From contig MU058418.1 in NCBI GenBank assembly GCA_013265495.1, positions 1,264,917-1,326,916 of the forward strand: a stretch of DNA of 62,000 nt. Reading direction: 5' to 3'. A model generated the notes under the pieces. That model was not told where the DNA came from, made no database searches, and worked only from the letters and a program-made list of their open reading frames with translations. How positions within the stretch are numbered: the first letter of the stretch is position 1; each line of letters begins with the position of its first letter. The stretch is from Vicugna vicugna (taxonomy: Eukaryota). Made by a program: the position numbers and the translations under genes. Positions 10,902-22,920 of the stretch are shown piece by piece.

Positions 10902-12819
10902 GTAGGCGATATTAACATAATCTTTTTTATTATAAAACAGCTTAATTGTTTTTGGTTTGATACATGGCTACGTTTTGAAGGACTATAGTATATATTTAAC
11001 CACGGATTTGCTGCTTTCTTCTAAAGCCAGTGTAGCAGTCCTATTCTCAGTATCACTAAATGTGGAGAATTACTGCCCTAGAGGGGAAGAAATCTTCATG
11101 ATCATTTTTGCATGTGATAAAGACAAAGTCCAGGGAGGTGGACTTATGGGCCCACGGTCACCGTGCTGACTGAAAGCAGGTCAGAGCTGGATGCCAGGGT
11201 GCCTGTGTCTAGTTCCGGCTCCTCCTGCTACACTGTGAGACCTCTGGGTCTCCTGCTTCCCTTCTGCTGGATTTGTAGTTTGCACCACACAGTGTCCGAG
11301 CACGTGGACTGTCTCTCCTAGGACCATGAAGTGCCTGGCCAGGCCCTTGGCTTAAAAAGAAATCCACAATTCACCTCCTAACCCCTATTCTGTAAGCATT
11401 TATGGAGCAACTGTGGGTGCCAGGCTCTGGGGACACCCTGTAGGGAATCAGCCAATGCTGGTCCAACTCTGAAGCATAAGGGCCTGGTGATTCACCCCAG
11501 GCCACAAAGTGACTTTTTTTCCTTCTTCTGGATGAATGTTACCGGATTATAGTTCTCAACTGTAGACAATTGAAATATTAGTCATAATTATATAAACACC
11601 CCCAGAATGAGGGGAGCCTCATTCTTTCAACCGCAGAGAGGTGAAAGGCCATTTGGAATGAGGAAACAGTTTCTTACTGAACTGACGTAAATAATGTATT
11701 CTTGGGAGTTTGGGGAAATGAAGCCAATAATTCTTTTAGAAGTGAGCTATCAAAATATGATTATTTAAATCTACATGTAGAAATAAATAGCTGCTTATAA
11801 TCCCATTTCTCTAAGAGCAATAATTATATCCAAATAATATCTTTGACAATTTAGAAGAATACCCTTGAGGGGCTACATCATCTCAGTTTCTAAAATCGTT
11901 TAAATCATCGACTCTTAAATTGTTCTTCCTAGGATCAGGGTTCAGATAAAGGGCAAAGTAAGCCTAGCATTTGGGACTAATAACATTATGAGGAAATCAG
12001 TGCACGTGACTATGGGGTCATGCAGTTTTACAGTGGATCAGTAACTTGGACTTTGGAGTCCAGAACCTCTCCCTGAAAGAGTGTAACAGCAAACCCCTAA
12101 GGAAAGAGACAAAAATTCAACACCCACCTACTGGCCACAAGCCCATGTTGGAATCACCAGTGCCAGGCTGTTTACTGACCTCACAGAGAGCTCCCCGACT
12201 TGACCCTTGATGGGAGGATCAAGTGTCCCAGCAGCTCAAGACCACAAGCAGCTCTGGCCTTCCCAAAGTAAGCTCCCAAACACGATCTCCAGGCTCGCAG
12301 TCAGTCACTCAGTTTGGAAAAGGCTCTTCAAAGGTTTGTCCTCAGGCCGCCCTTCGGGAACGTGGCCCTGTCTGTTAAGCTTCAGGGAGGGTCAGCCTCT
12401 TCCTCACTTGCCAGAACTGCTGGGTTTTGCCATTACTTGTTTCTGGCATGCACTTTCTGAGAAAGAATTCCTTTTCTCTCTGGAATGTCCTTCCTTTAGG
12501 TTTGTAGGGGACTTCATCTGAGCAAAAATGTTCTTATTTGGATTTTGGAGTGTTGTTTCAGCTTTAATTTTTCTTCGAATGTTTTCCCTATTGTTTTCTC
12601 CTTGGTAATTTGTTCTGTTTATTGATTATTGGTTTAGATTAGTTGATTCTCTAGTCTAATTTAAGAGATTGTATGTGAAAAAAATTTATAGAATATTTTA
12701 TAATCTAAACAAGTAACCTCCCTCCATTTTTTTTAAGCCTATGTTTAGTGTTTTAAATTTTAGGTCAGTGGTTTTAATTGGTGCTGGATTGTTGTTTTGT
12801 TTTGTGTTTTGGTATCCAG

Positions 12820-12948
12820 GACTCAGCGGAAGGACTCTCAATGTTTACTGGAGAAGAGGAAATCTTTGCATTTCAGCGCACAGTTTCCCGGCTCACAGAA
12901 ATGCAGACTGAACAGTACTGGAATGAAGGAGACCGAAGCAAGAAGTAA
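12820..12948 (+). CDS. AFG1L: AFG1-like ATPase (LACE1), last coding exon with stop
   Basis: CCAG acceptor at 12816-12819. Encodes DSAEGLSMFTGEEEIFAFQRTVSRLTEMQTEQYWNEGDRSKK* (AFG1-family FAFxRTxSRLxEMQ motif), with TAA at 12946-12948. Confidence 0.96.
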   Translation, partial: DSAEGLSMFTGEEEIFAFQRTVSRLTEMQTEQYWNEGDRSKK

Positions 12949-12964
12949 CCGACACTGTTGCATG

Positions 12965-12970
12965 AATAAA
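12965..12970 (+). terminator. Candidate proximal polyadenylation signal of AFG1L
   Basis: AATAAA starting 17 nt after the stop, with T-rich TTTTTATTAT at ~13002. Further AATAAA at 13372, 13909 and 14121. Confidence 0.55.
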
Positions 12971-15509
12971 ACTCTGGGCAAATGATTATCGCAGGGAGAA
13001 CTTTTTATTATGGGACTTGCAGGAATCATTTTTCTCATCATTAATTATGCACTTTGTCCTTTGGACCATTTTTATCTGAAACTGCTGTTGAAGATGTAGT
13101 GGATTAGTAAGTTAAAGCTATTCTTAGGTGTACATTTTGCCTATTTATTTGGCCTTATTTCTGCACCACAAAATTAAAATCAGCACCCTGAAGGTGAATG
13201 TAGGACCAGATATTTTGGCTTCTTATTAAGCCACCTGAATGAACCTTGAATACACACACACTCGGTAAATGCAGGATGCCTGGACATCTCTGAGCTTTGG
13301 CTACATGGTAGCCCTACGATAGAAACATCTTTTATAAGACAGGAGAAAAGAAAACCCAAATTTCACTTCAAAATAAAGAAAGCCTTCTGGTCTTACTTTA
13401 AACTAAAGTCAGTAACATTTTAGAATGTGGACTTCTCCGTGTGATTGTAGGGGGCTATAAATCATACTGAATCTCCTAGGCCTTCAGACTTCCTTAGACA
13501 GGGAGTATGTTTTTCACCCTGAGTTCAAGCTTGGCAGGCGGGACCTGATCTCCAGTGGACACAGAGTTGCCTGAAAAAAATCAAGGATTATGACACCATA
13601 GAATAAGGAGCAAGGGTGTCAAATTCCAACTGACAGGCAGATTCCCCAACTCTGACAGCCAGAAGGACAGACACCAGGAATTGGGGACCAGTGAGAGAGT
13701 GTCAGGAGGGGCAGAGTCCTGGACACACCAGGCTACAAAGTGGACTCCTGCTCCCCTGAGGCTACAGGACCATGGGGACCTCGGCTCCTCCCCGCTGCTC
13801 ATATGCATCTTCCTCTGGTCGCAGGATGCTGCTCCTACCCCTGCCTCTGCTGCTGTGGTGCAATGGGCCTGATAGTAAAAAGGAAAGACCACTTGACGAA
13901 CCTACTTAAATAAAATCTGATTTGTCCTCCTTTGAGGTCATTCCTTGACTCATTCAAGTATAACCTAACTTTACTAACTATTGTCACAGAAAGAACCTTA
14001 GTTGAGGCTGTTACAAGAGTCTAAATCCCTCTTCAGGAAAAAGGAAAGAAAAAACTGAAATCCACGAAGTCTCATGAAAATCAAATATTTTGTGGGCACA
14101 GGCACAGGTGAGTCAGTTCAAATAAATGATTACAGTTGTCAAACTAAGTAAGCTCTTTGAACCTATTTAATTTATAAGTCATCTATCCATATTAGTCCAT
14201 TTTGGACATTAACTGAAATCAGATGGGTGAATAGGGTACCCAAATGTGGAGAAACATTTAAGTCAAGGCTTCTGAAACTTAGATGTGATTTTGAAATATT
14301 TTTATTGAAGTGAAACAGGGAACTCAAAAAGAAGTTAAGAGGTTACAAGGCAGAAAGGATGGGAAATAACCATTGTATGCCAGATTTATTGCTGGACATT
14401 TGTAAATCTCAGATAAAAAAATTAATTCTAGAGAGTTAATAGAATCATAGATAAGAAAACCAAGGCCTGGAAAAGTAGTTTGGCCTGAGATCACAGCTAG
14501 CAACTACACAACTCATGTAGTATGTCTTATATCATGCCACCTCTATAAAAACAAGATCAATTTTAATAGTGATTCTTTTTGTTTAACTCAGTGAAGATGA
14601 ATTTACAGCAGAACCATTGCTTTGAACTCAATAAATATAAAATGTTTAATTTTATTTTTTCATTCTTAGCTTTTTGTTTTCACATTTCTTTGGCAATTAT
14701 GCTATTCCTTAATAAAGAGGAAGTGTGAATGGATAGACAGTCAGGTGGACAGCCTGATGGATAGAAACAGGAGCTGTCCCTGAGTGTGTGGGTCTATGTG
14801 ACATAATCCCCTCATAACAAGTAGTTGTAAAAGTTCATTTGAGATCAGGTATTTGAAACAAGAATTTCATTTTTCCTTAGAAATAGTGATGTGATGTTAG
14901 TTAGGGCCCTGGCTCAATGCATAGAAGCTTATGGAATCCTCAGTGTAGCTGCCCTGTAATTTTGATATTAAAGAACTTAGAATCCTTTAAAAATCCAGTT
15001 TCTGTGGGATAAAACTGTAGTTCAGGTTCTACCTGAGTACCTAGATCACGTCCCCACATCTGTCCTGCTCTCTAGGTGCCCCCCTTCCTGGGCCTGGCGG
15101 GACAGGGACAGTAGAAGGGACTTGCAGAGCTAAGAGTGGGGTTTATGCAGGGTAGGGGGATGGTGAGGGGATGGGGTGGTCGATGTTTTGGCCTAGGGAC
15201 CAGGGAGGCAGAGGAGGGATTATCAGGAGGTAGCTGGAAATGGTACAGCTTTATCCCATCTCTTCACCAAAGTCTGTTTCATGAAGCAGTCTGCAAGAAA
15301 AAGAAACAAAAGTCTTAAAAGCTGTTACCAGGAAACAATACGGTAGTTCTACTTAAAAGACAATTATGCCAAAGTGAGACATGAAAATGAGCCCTAGGTT
15401 GGACAGCAACATTTCAATTCATGTGTTTTTTCTTCTGAGTCCTGCCCGGATTACATGCTCAGCATTTGAGTCTTTCTCCCCAGGACTGCAGAAAATCTCT
15501 CAGAGCAAA

Positions 15510-15578
15510 TGCTCTCTCTCCCCTCTTTCCCTTTCCCTTTCTCTCTCTCTCTTTCTCTCTTTCTCTTTCTCTCTCTAA
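15510..15578. repeat. CT-rich low-complexity / degenerate (CT)n tract
   Basis: CTCTCTCTCCCCTCTTTCCCTTTCCCTTTCTCTCTCTCTCTTTCTCTCT... Confidence 0.85.
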
Positions 15579-16129
15579 TGCTTTAAATTTATACTTGAAG
15601 ATGGAGATTTGAGCTGAGTAATGCTGTGGAACACTCCCACTCACCCAAGAAGTGACCAGGGGTCAGATTGAGGGTCTTTATAGTTGGGAGAATGCCAAGG
15701 GCGCCCTCTGAAATGAACACTAATTCCCAAGTTTAGAAGAAATCACGTGGAGAAAAAGGAAAACTTTTCTAAAAAAAAAAGAAAAATCTGATCACTGCAT
15801 TAATCTTGTATTTCTTTAGACAATGGATGGGCTTCTTTGCCAGCATCAATAATAATGACATGATAGACTTAAAGAATTTTTAACCTATTTCTGATATTTA
15901 CAAGGTCCAAAGACTATATTACTGTTCTAATCAAATTTATGCATTTTCAGTGTGATTTCAAATTTTAGTCATAAGGCAATACTTTAATCTCCCTGGATAT
16001 ATTTCCTGTATTTACAAGTGTGCAAATAACATAATTTTAAAATTACTTGGAATTTTTTTAAAAATGAAAATTTTGCTTGTAAGGCAGGTAAATGGATATG
16101 CTCATATCCATTTATTTATTTAACATTAA

Positions 16130-16320
16130 CTTAAGAAACACATCGGGCTTACTGTGTGCTGGGAATGGTTCCAAGTGCTTTATAAATAAACTATTTTGAT
16201 CCTTGTAACAATCCTATGAGAGGTTCTATTGTACTATTTACAGACAGGGGAGCTGAGGCATACAACAACAGACTGAATTGCTAAGATGTACACTGGACTC
16301 AGTACAATGATCAAAATACT
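16130..16320 (-). mobile_element. MIR SINE
   Basis: CTTACTGTGTGCTGG...AACAATCCTATGAGAG...TTTACAGACAGGGGAGCTGAGGCA. Confidence 0.65.
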
Positions 16321-17476
16321 AATTAAATAAACCTCCATGTAACTGTTTCTGTACTGAAAATAGCCTTCCTCCTCCAAGTAACCTGAACCTTCACTTGCAG
16401 CTCCTTCATCTGGGATAAAAACACCCAGACGGGCTGTGGTCCTGGGGCTCTGACGTTTGCATTCTTGACCAGTTGTGGGAATCTGGCAGTAAGTCTGTAA
16501 GTGATCTGGTACATGACCTTCATAGGACCTACTAACCTCATAAGACATCACTTGCTGATAGCAAAGGATTTTCTCTGGAGATGAGTTTATAACTTTTTCT
16601 TAAGACAGATTTGTTTTTTTCCCATTGGCATAGCAGTTTGTTTTCCTGGAACAGAAAATTTTAAATAATACAATCTGTCCTCCTGTTGAGAGTCTGCTAA
16701 TTCTAACAGTTTTGCACTAGAAACTTCACGTGTGTCACCTCAGCTGGTCAGTCAGCCCGGTCAGACGTGTCTGCTGACCTGTTTGTCACCCATGCTGATG
16801 TGAAACTCTAGGAGGGCATCTGTGCGTCTTCTGTGCTTGTTCAGGAATTCTTCCAGACGTTGTCCTGAAGTTTCCTCTCTCGGGGCTGTGCTTGTCGGGG
16901 CCCAGTGGTGGGGAGTTGATGTCTCTGATGCTCCCACTCTTCTCATCTGTGTACAGTGGGAAGAGCTTGGTTATCATTCTGCCAGTTTTTGCTTTGTGAC
17001 CTTGAACTAGTGCTCTGAGCCTTTGCTTTCTCATTTATAGATGAGAACGGTAACACTCAATTCATAAAGTTATTCTGATAGTTGGTGAAAAGCACTTTGC
17101 AAATGGTAAAGGATTAAATGAATATTAGTTATTATTGATAGTCATGATTATGATTATAAAGCAACAATAAATGCCTACTCCACTTTGCATCATGGCCCCT
17201 TGAGGAATGCAACACAGGAGACGATATATCCTAACCCAGTGTGGTTTCTAGCAGAAGGGAAAAGATGCACATTACATGGCTAGACACCGCAGGCACAGAA
17301 TTCTGGCTTAATGAGATGCTGTGCAGATTGTTAAATTCAGATCCATTCTTTCAGGATTAATAGAGAAAATGGATTGTTGTTTTTTGAACATCAAAGATTT
17401 CCCAGAAAGAGGGCACCATCTTGTGGTCAATGGGATGAACTGACAGAAGTCCAAGAATCACACGGAGTTGAAGAAC

Positions 17477-17620
17477 AGTGGTTCTCAAAGTTGCAGTTCC
17501 CAGGCCAAGGTCCCAGTCCTAGAGGGTCCAATGTAATTGGTAAGACATGGGGCCCCAGGTTGGTACTTGTTAATGCTCCCCCATGGGATTCTAGCATGCA
17601 GCCGGATTGATAACCGCCAA
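17477..17620. mobile_element. MER5-like hAT-Charlie MITE
   Basis: Starts CAGTGGTTCTCAAAG; contains AATGTAATTGG...GGGGCCCCAGG...GATTCTAGCATGCAGCC. Confidence 0.6.
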
Positions 17621-18081
17621 TCAGGAGCTTTTTTTTTTTTGCCTGTTGCCATACAACCAGTAAGCACACAGAGATGGGCCTGTGTGGATCTACTGACTGC
17701 AGGGCACTTCCCAGGGAGCAAAGGCTTCTCCGGCACCACTAACAACAACAGAATAGCTAACCCAGTTGTGCCTCCTAGTTTGCAAAGCATGTGTTCGTTT
17801 CAACCACAGCAATTATCTGAGGGAGATGTGATTATCCCTGCTTCCTATGAGGAAACGGAGACCCGAAGTAACACAACCAGGTAACACGTCTTCTAGACCC
17901 AGATCCTATGCTCCAGGGCCTTGTCTGCCATAGTAGTAATAATAGCAGCCCCCATTTATTGAGCCATTAGGACCTTGAAGCCTGAGATAGGAAAGGCGTG
18001 GGTTTAAGGGCATGTACGAGGGAGTGGTTGGCAAAGCCTTGAAGTATCAATAGGCACAATAATTATGTAAAAGGAGGTATT

Positions 18082-18168
18082 CCATGAATGACTGAAAAAT
18101 TGTGCTGAACACTGGAATTTGACACAACACTGTAAAATGATTATGAATCAATAAAAGATGTAAAAAAA
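18082..18168 (+). mobile_element. Very short (87 bp) young L1 3'-end insertion with a 13-bp TSD
   Basis: AAAAGGAGGTATT at 18069-18081 and 18169-18181 flanks an L1 3' terminus with AATAAA and an A-tail. Confidence 0.9.
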
Positions 18169-18951
18169 AAAAGGAGGTATTATCACCACCAGTCTTTGTG
18201 TTTAATGAGAATACTGAGTGTCAAAGAGATGGACTGACTGGAAGTCACTGGGAGTCTGTTACTGGGGGAGTGGCTAAGGGAGGTGTGGACTCTGCCTGCC
18301 GGGGACTTGCCTGCAGCAGTCAGGAGCAGTGAACTGTACCTGCAGCATTGTGAACAAAGCTCAGATACCACGGTGAGGGAAGATTAGATTCAGTACTATT
18401 AATATAAATATGGAAACCCACTCATAAAATAACATTAAATGTTTTTCTGGGATGCACAAAATCTAAACATATTTACGGAAGACAGATCAGAGGAAAACAG
18501 CATACAATAGAGTGGACGCTTATGCAAGGAAGGAAATGAGATTGACTATGGTGAACGAGAAGAAAAATTAAAAGGCTGCCTCCCCTGGACAGATGATGTT
18601 AATGTGTGATAAACCGATGAGTATGATCAACACAATTTGATGCACCAGAGGTTCCTAAAAAGAGAAGAATGGAAAATATTTTTGGCAGAGTCACCAGACT
18701 TTCTCCAGCACACTGTTAATCCACAGAGATGCAAAGACAACAGACATTTTGGGGATTGGCAATGAAGGTTTGTAGAAAGTCTCTGCAGGGTTGGAACCTA
18801 GGGTGCTAGTGTGAGAGTGGTGAGGCATGAAAAGCTGGGCCATCAGAATACAGCAGAAGAGCTGGGGCAGGGACGCAAGGGACAGGGGGACTGACCCCAC
18901 CACACAGTCAGAGCAGGGGAGTTAGGGACCTGAAGAAGGTAAGGAACTTGA

Positions 18952-19432
18952 TAGCAGTTAACAAATGTCTCAGGACCACTTTCCACTCTTAAAATTATCG
19001 CAGGCTCCAAGGAGATTTTATATTTATGTGGGAGGTATGTTGTGTGTGTGTGTATTTAACCCCCTATTAGAAATTAAAATTGAGACATTGTTAAATATTT
19101 ATTCGTTTAAAAATAATAAGCTCATGACGTATTATGTAACTATCATTATGAAAAATACATATATTTTCCAAAGAAAGACAATTTAGTAAGAAGAGTAGCA
19201 CTTTTTAATTTTTTGCAATCTCTGGCTTAAGAGAATATAGCTATATTCTCAGATCTGCTTATGCACTCAATCTGTTGTGAAGTCACACAGATAGCTTCTG
19301 GAAAAGTCAGTTGTATACTTAATGAGAGAATGAGAGTGAAAGAGGTAAGTAATGTGTCAGTAGAAATGTGAAGAATGGTATTGGCTTCACAGACTCACTG
19401 AAGGAGTCTCTAGACCGCACCTTGACAAAGCT
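18952..19432 (-). mobile_element. Charlie1(b)-like hAT DNA transposon
   Basis: TCTCAGGACC...ACTCTTAAAATTAT...ATTAGAAATTAAAA...CTGGCTTAAGAGAA...ATTCTCAGATCTGCTT...TCAATCTGTTG...GAGAGAATGAGAGTGAAA matches the Charlie1b consensus (reverse) as recalled. Confidence 0.7.
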
Positions 19433-19879
19433 GAGTTTATTGCTAGTGAGATAAAGGGTTGCACTGAGCCCACAGGAGCCCAGGGGTAAAGCCGCATAGG
19501 AACTGGAATGTGGGCTTAGAGCATGGGGAAGGGGCGGGACTCAGCACGGGGTAGAGAGGGGACTCTTAATTCAGGAGAAGATGGCGGCCAGTCTGCCTGC
19601 CGAAATCCCTCTCTCTCTCTGCCAGCCCTGACCCTAATCATGGGCTGCAGAGCCCTCGCTTTAGTCCTCAGTATATCCTGCTGCCCTGAAGCTCAGAGCA
19701 CTTTGCTTCCCTGGTCCCACCCTTATAGCTGCTTCCTGGTTCTCCTGCTTCTTTCCTCCTCCTCCTCTGGATGCTTCTGGCTCTTTTGCTTTTCTCATCC
19801 CCTAAGTTCTTTCTTGGACCTATTAAAAATGGTAATTATAAAAACACCCAGTATTATACAAAGCGCTTTCAGACATATC

Positions 19880-20110
19880 TTCTTCATATTCTTGATTTCC
19901 ACAGTTACAAATACCACCTGATGCCGATAACCCCACAGCATGTATTCCCAGCCCTGACTCCCCTAGCCTCCTGTTCTGCAATCCCAACTGCCTATTGGAT
20001 CTCTCCTCTTGAATGTTCTTTAGGCTCAGTATGTCTAAAATGGCACTGATCTCAACCCAGTCTTCCAAGCCTGCAATATCGTCTTGAAATGATACTGCCC
20101 CAGCCACTCA
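19880..20110 (+). mobile_element. L2 LINE fragment
   Basis: AAATACCACCTGATGCCGATAAC...CCAGCCCTGAC...CCAACTGCCTATTGGATCTCTCC...TTGAATG. Confidence 0.6.
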
Positions 20111-20611
20111 TGTAGCTGCAAGACTCTATGAATTGACAAGGGCTAGTGATGTTGGGAACAGAAGAGAATGGACAGACATCAGAATCATGATGATGCATGA
20201 TTGAGAAGCAGTTCGAATAAGTGTTAGTGCAGGACAAGACCTGGTGGGTGATTGGTTATTGGAATGAGCAGCAAATCCAACAATTGGAAGACAGGAGCAG
20301 TTTAAGCAAACATGATCTCAGCACTGTAGGCCTGAGTGTTTCTACAGTAACTGGATCAAGTCTGGAGTCTCCCCAGTCCTCATTATCCATCCTGGGCTGA
20401 AGACAGACTCTGGAATCTTACAGAACGAGGCTGGTCTTCAGGAGTGTGTAGATAGTTGATAGTTCTCATTCCTCTTGTTCATTCTTTATTTTATTGAACA
20501 AACATTGTTTAAGAGCATCTTATGTTGAGGCAGTCTGCTAGATGTCATGTGTGGTATAATAATGTAAATGCTTGAAGTAGTGATTTTTTTTTCCTGGCCT
20601 ACTCTTGCTCC

Positions 20612-20732
20612 ATTCTCTCTCTCTTCTTTCTCTCTCTCTTCTTCCTTCCTTCCTTTCTTTCTTCCTTCCTTCCTTCCTTCCTTCCTTTCTTTCTTTCTCC
20701 CTTCCTTCCTTCCTTCCTTCCTTCCTTCCTTC

Positions 20733-20819
<87 letters not shown>

Positions 20820-20838
20820 TTCTTTCTTTCCTTCTTCC
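20612..20838. repeat. Compound (CT)/(CTTC)n/(CTTT)n microsatellite at the L1 tail
   Basis: Pure pyrimidine tract of ~225 bp, including 22 uninterrupted CTTT units at 20733-20820. Confidence 0.97.
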
Positions 20839-20839
20839 A

Positions 20840-22090
20840 TTCACATTTTTTAATTGAGTAATATTCATTTTATAATGTTGTCTCAAATTCCAGTGTAGAG
20901 CACAATTTTTCAGTTATACATGAACATAACATACATTCATTGTCACATTTTTTTCGTTGTGAGCTACCACAAGATCTTGTATATATTTCCCTGTGCTATA
21001 CAGTATATTCTTGTTTATCTAGTCTACATTTTGAAATCCCATTCTGTCCCTTCCCACCCCCCACCCCCTTGGCAATCACAAGTTTGTATTCTATGTCTGT
21101 GAGTCTGTTTCTGTTTTGTATTTATGTTTGTTTGTTTTGTTTTTGTTTTTGTTTTTTAGATTCCACATATGAGCGATCTTGTATGGTATTTTTCTTTCTC
21201 TTTCTGGCTTGCTTCACTTAGAATGACATTCTCCAGGAACATCCATGTTGCTGCAAATGGTGTTATGTTGTTGGTTTTATGGCTGAATAGTATTCCATTG
21301 TATAAATATACCACTTCTTCTTTATCCAGTCATCTATTGATGGGCATTTAGGCTATTTCCACGTCTTGACTATTGTAAAGAGTGCTGCTATGAACATTGG
21401 GGTGCAGGTGTCATTTTGAAGTAGGGTTCCTTCTGGATATATGCCCAGGAGCGGGATTCCTGGTCATATGGTAAGTCTATTCCTAGTCTTTTGAGGAATC
21501 TCCATACTGTTTTCCACAGTGGCTGCACCAAACTGCATTCCCACCAGCAATGTAGGAGGGTTCCCATTTCTCCACAGCCTCTCCAGCATTTGTCATTTGT
21601 GGACTTTTGAATGATGGCCATTCTGTAGTTTTTATTTGCATTTCTCTGATAATTAGTGATATTGAGCCCTTTTTTCATATGCTTATTGATCATTTGTATT
21701 TCTTCCTTGGAGAATTGCTTGTTTAGGTCTTCTGCCCATTTTTGGATTGGGTTGTTTGATTTTTTCTTATTAAGTCGTATGAGCTGCTTATGTATTCTGG
21801 AGATCAATCCTTTGTCGGTTTCATTTGCAAAAATTTTCTCCCATTCCGTAGGTTGTTATTTTGTTTACGGTTTCCTTTGCTGTGCACAACCTTGTAAGTT
21901 TAATTAGGTCCCATTTGTTTCTTGCTTTTGTTTCTATTGCTTGGGTAGACTGTCCTAGGAGAACATTTTTGAGATGTATGTCAGATAATGTTTTGCCTAT
22001 ATTTTCTTCTAGGAGGTTTATTGTATCTTGTCTTATGTTTAAGTCTTTGATCCATTTTGAGTTTATTTTTGTGTATGGTGTAAGGGAGTG
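20840..22090 (-). mobile_element. 5'-truncated lineage-specific L1 (ORF2 C-terminus plus 3'UTR)
   Basis: Minus-strand translation [38 protein letters not shown]...[34 protein letters not shown] is the L1 ORF2p Cys-rich C-terminus. It carries frameshifts and a small internal deletion near 21625. Confidence 0.95.
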
Positions 22091-22529
22091 ATTATTTTGA
22101 TAGGAGAAGCTATGTGTTAATTATATTGTTTCTTAAGGAAATTTCACCAATTTAAGTCAAAATGAAAACTAGAATCTCCAAGACTGATGTAAGAATGAGA
22201 CTCTGCTGACTGGAAGCATCAGCCTTGTCTGACATATGCAGCCCTCCCTGCCCCTAAAATCAGCTTCTCCATAGTCTGGCTCAGACAAGGATAAGTCATA
22301 CTTATTGAGTTACCCTAAATCTGAGCTAAGACAAAGACTTCATTCATGTTTGGGGGGTACAGATAGTAAAGTCAGAAAATACTTGGAGTCTAGATGATTT
22401 GGCTAATAACATTTAATTCAATCATCTTCACTGTGCATGTCCCCTTTGTTTCAGCTCCACCTGCACATTCCAGATGCCTTCTCTATCCCCTACCACATAG
22501 GGATGCTCTCATAGACACAGAGATGGCTC

Positions 22530-22920
22530 TAAGAGCTTCCCTGGGAAGAGCAAAAAGAACCCCCTTCTCCAACTGGGATAGACATGATGAGAGCTTGTCC
22601 ATACTCAATTCTCCTCTCCTTCCAAACTTACAAAAGGATCATGCTCTCTGGCTTCTGGCAGTTAGGCAAGGACATGTGTCACTTCCAAGGTGAAGCCCTT
22701 ATTAGCTGGCTTGAGGTCTTCTAGATCTCTCTTCTCTTGCCATGGAAAACTGGAAATATGTTGAAGCAGATACACCCAAGAGGCAAGTAGCCAAATGGTG
22801 AGCCACCACATGGAAATCCATGGATGTTGCATGAGCTAGAAATAAAATTACATTCTGATAAGATGTGGAGATTTTTGGTGGTGTTCGCTATTGCAGCATA
22901 ATCTAGCCTATCTTGACTGT
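22530..22920 (+). mobile_element. Old MaLR LTR (MLT1-like) remnant
   Basis: 3' end GCATGAGCTAGAAATAAA...TTCGCTATTGCAGCATAATCTAGCCTATCTTGACT resembles MLT1 termini. Confidence 0.55.

Noticed and set aside
10713..10988. 91-aa ORF as a standalone gene
   Set aside because: Only 10788-10901 is coding (AFG1L exon); the flanks are intron.
20538..20886. Lys/Glu/Arg-rich and Phe/Leu/Ser-rich ORFs
   Set aside because: Translations of the (CTTT)n/(CTTC)n microsatellite.
20570..22110. Possible TSD (GTGATT.TTTT) around the 20.8-22.1 kb L1
   Set aside because: Short, low-complexity and separated from the tail by unrelated sequence; not supportable.
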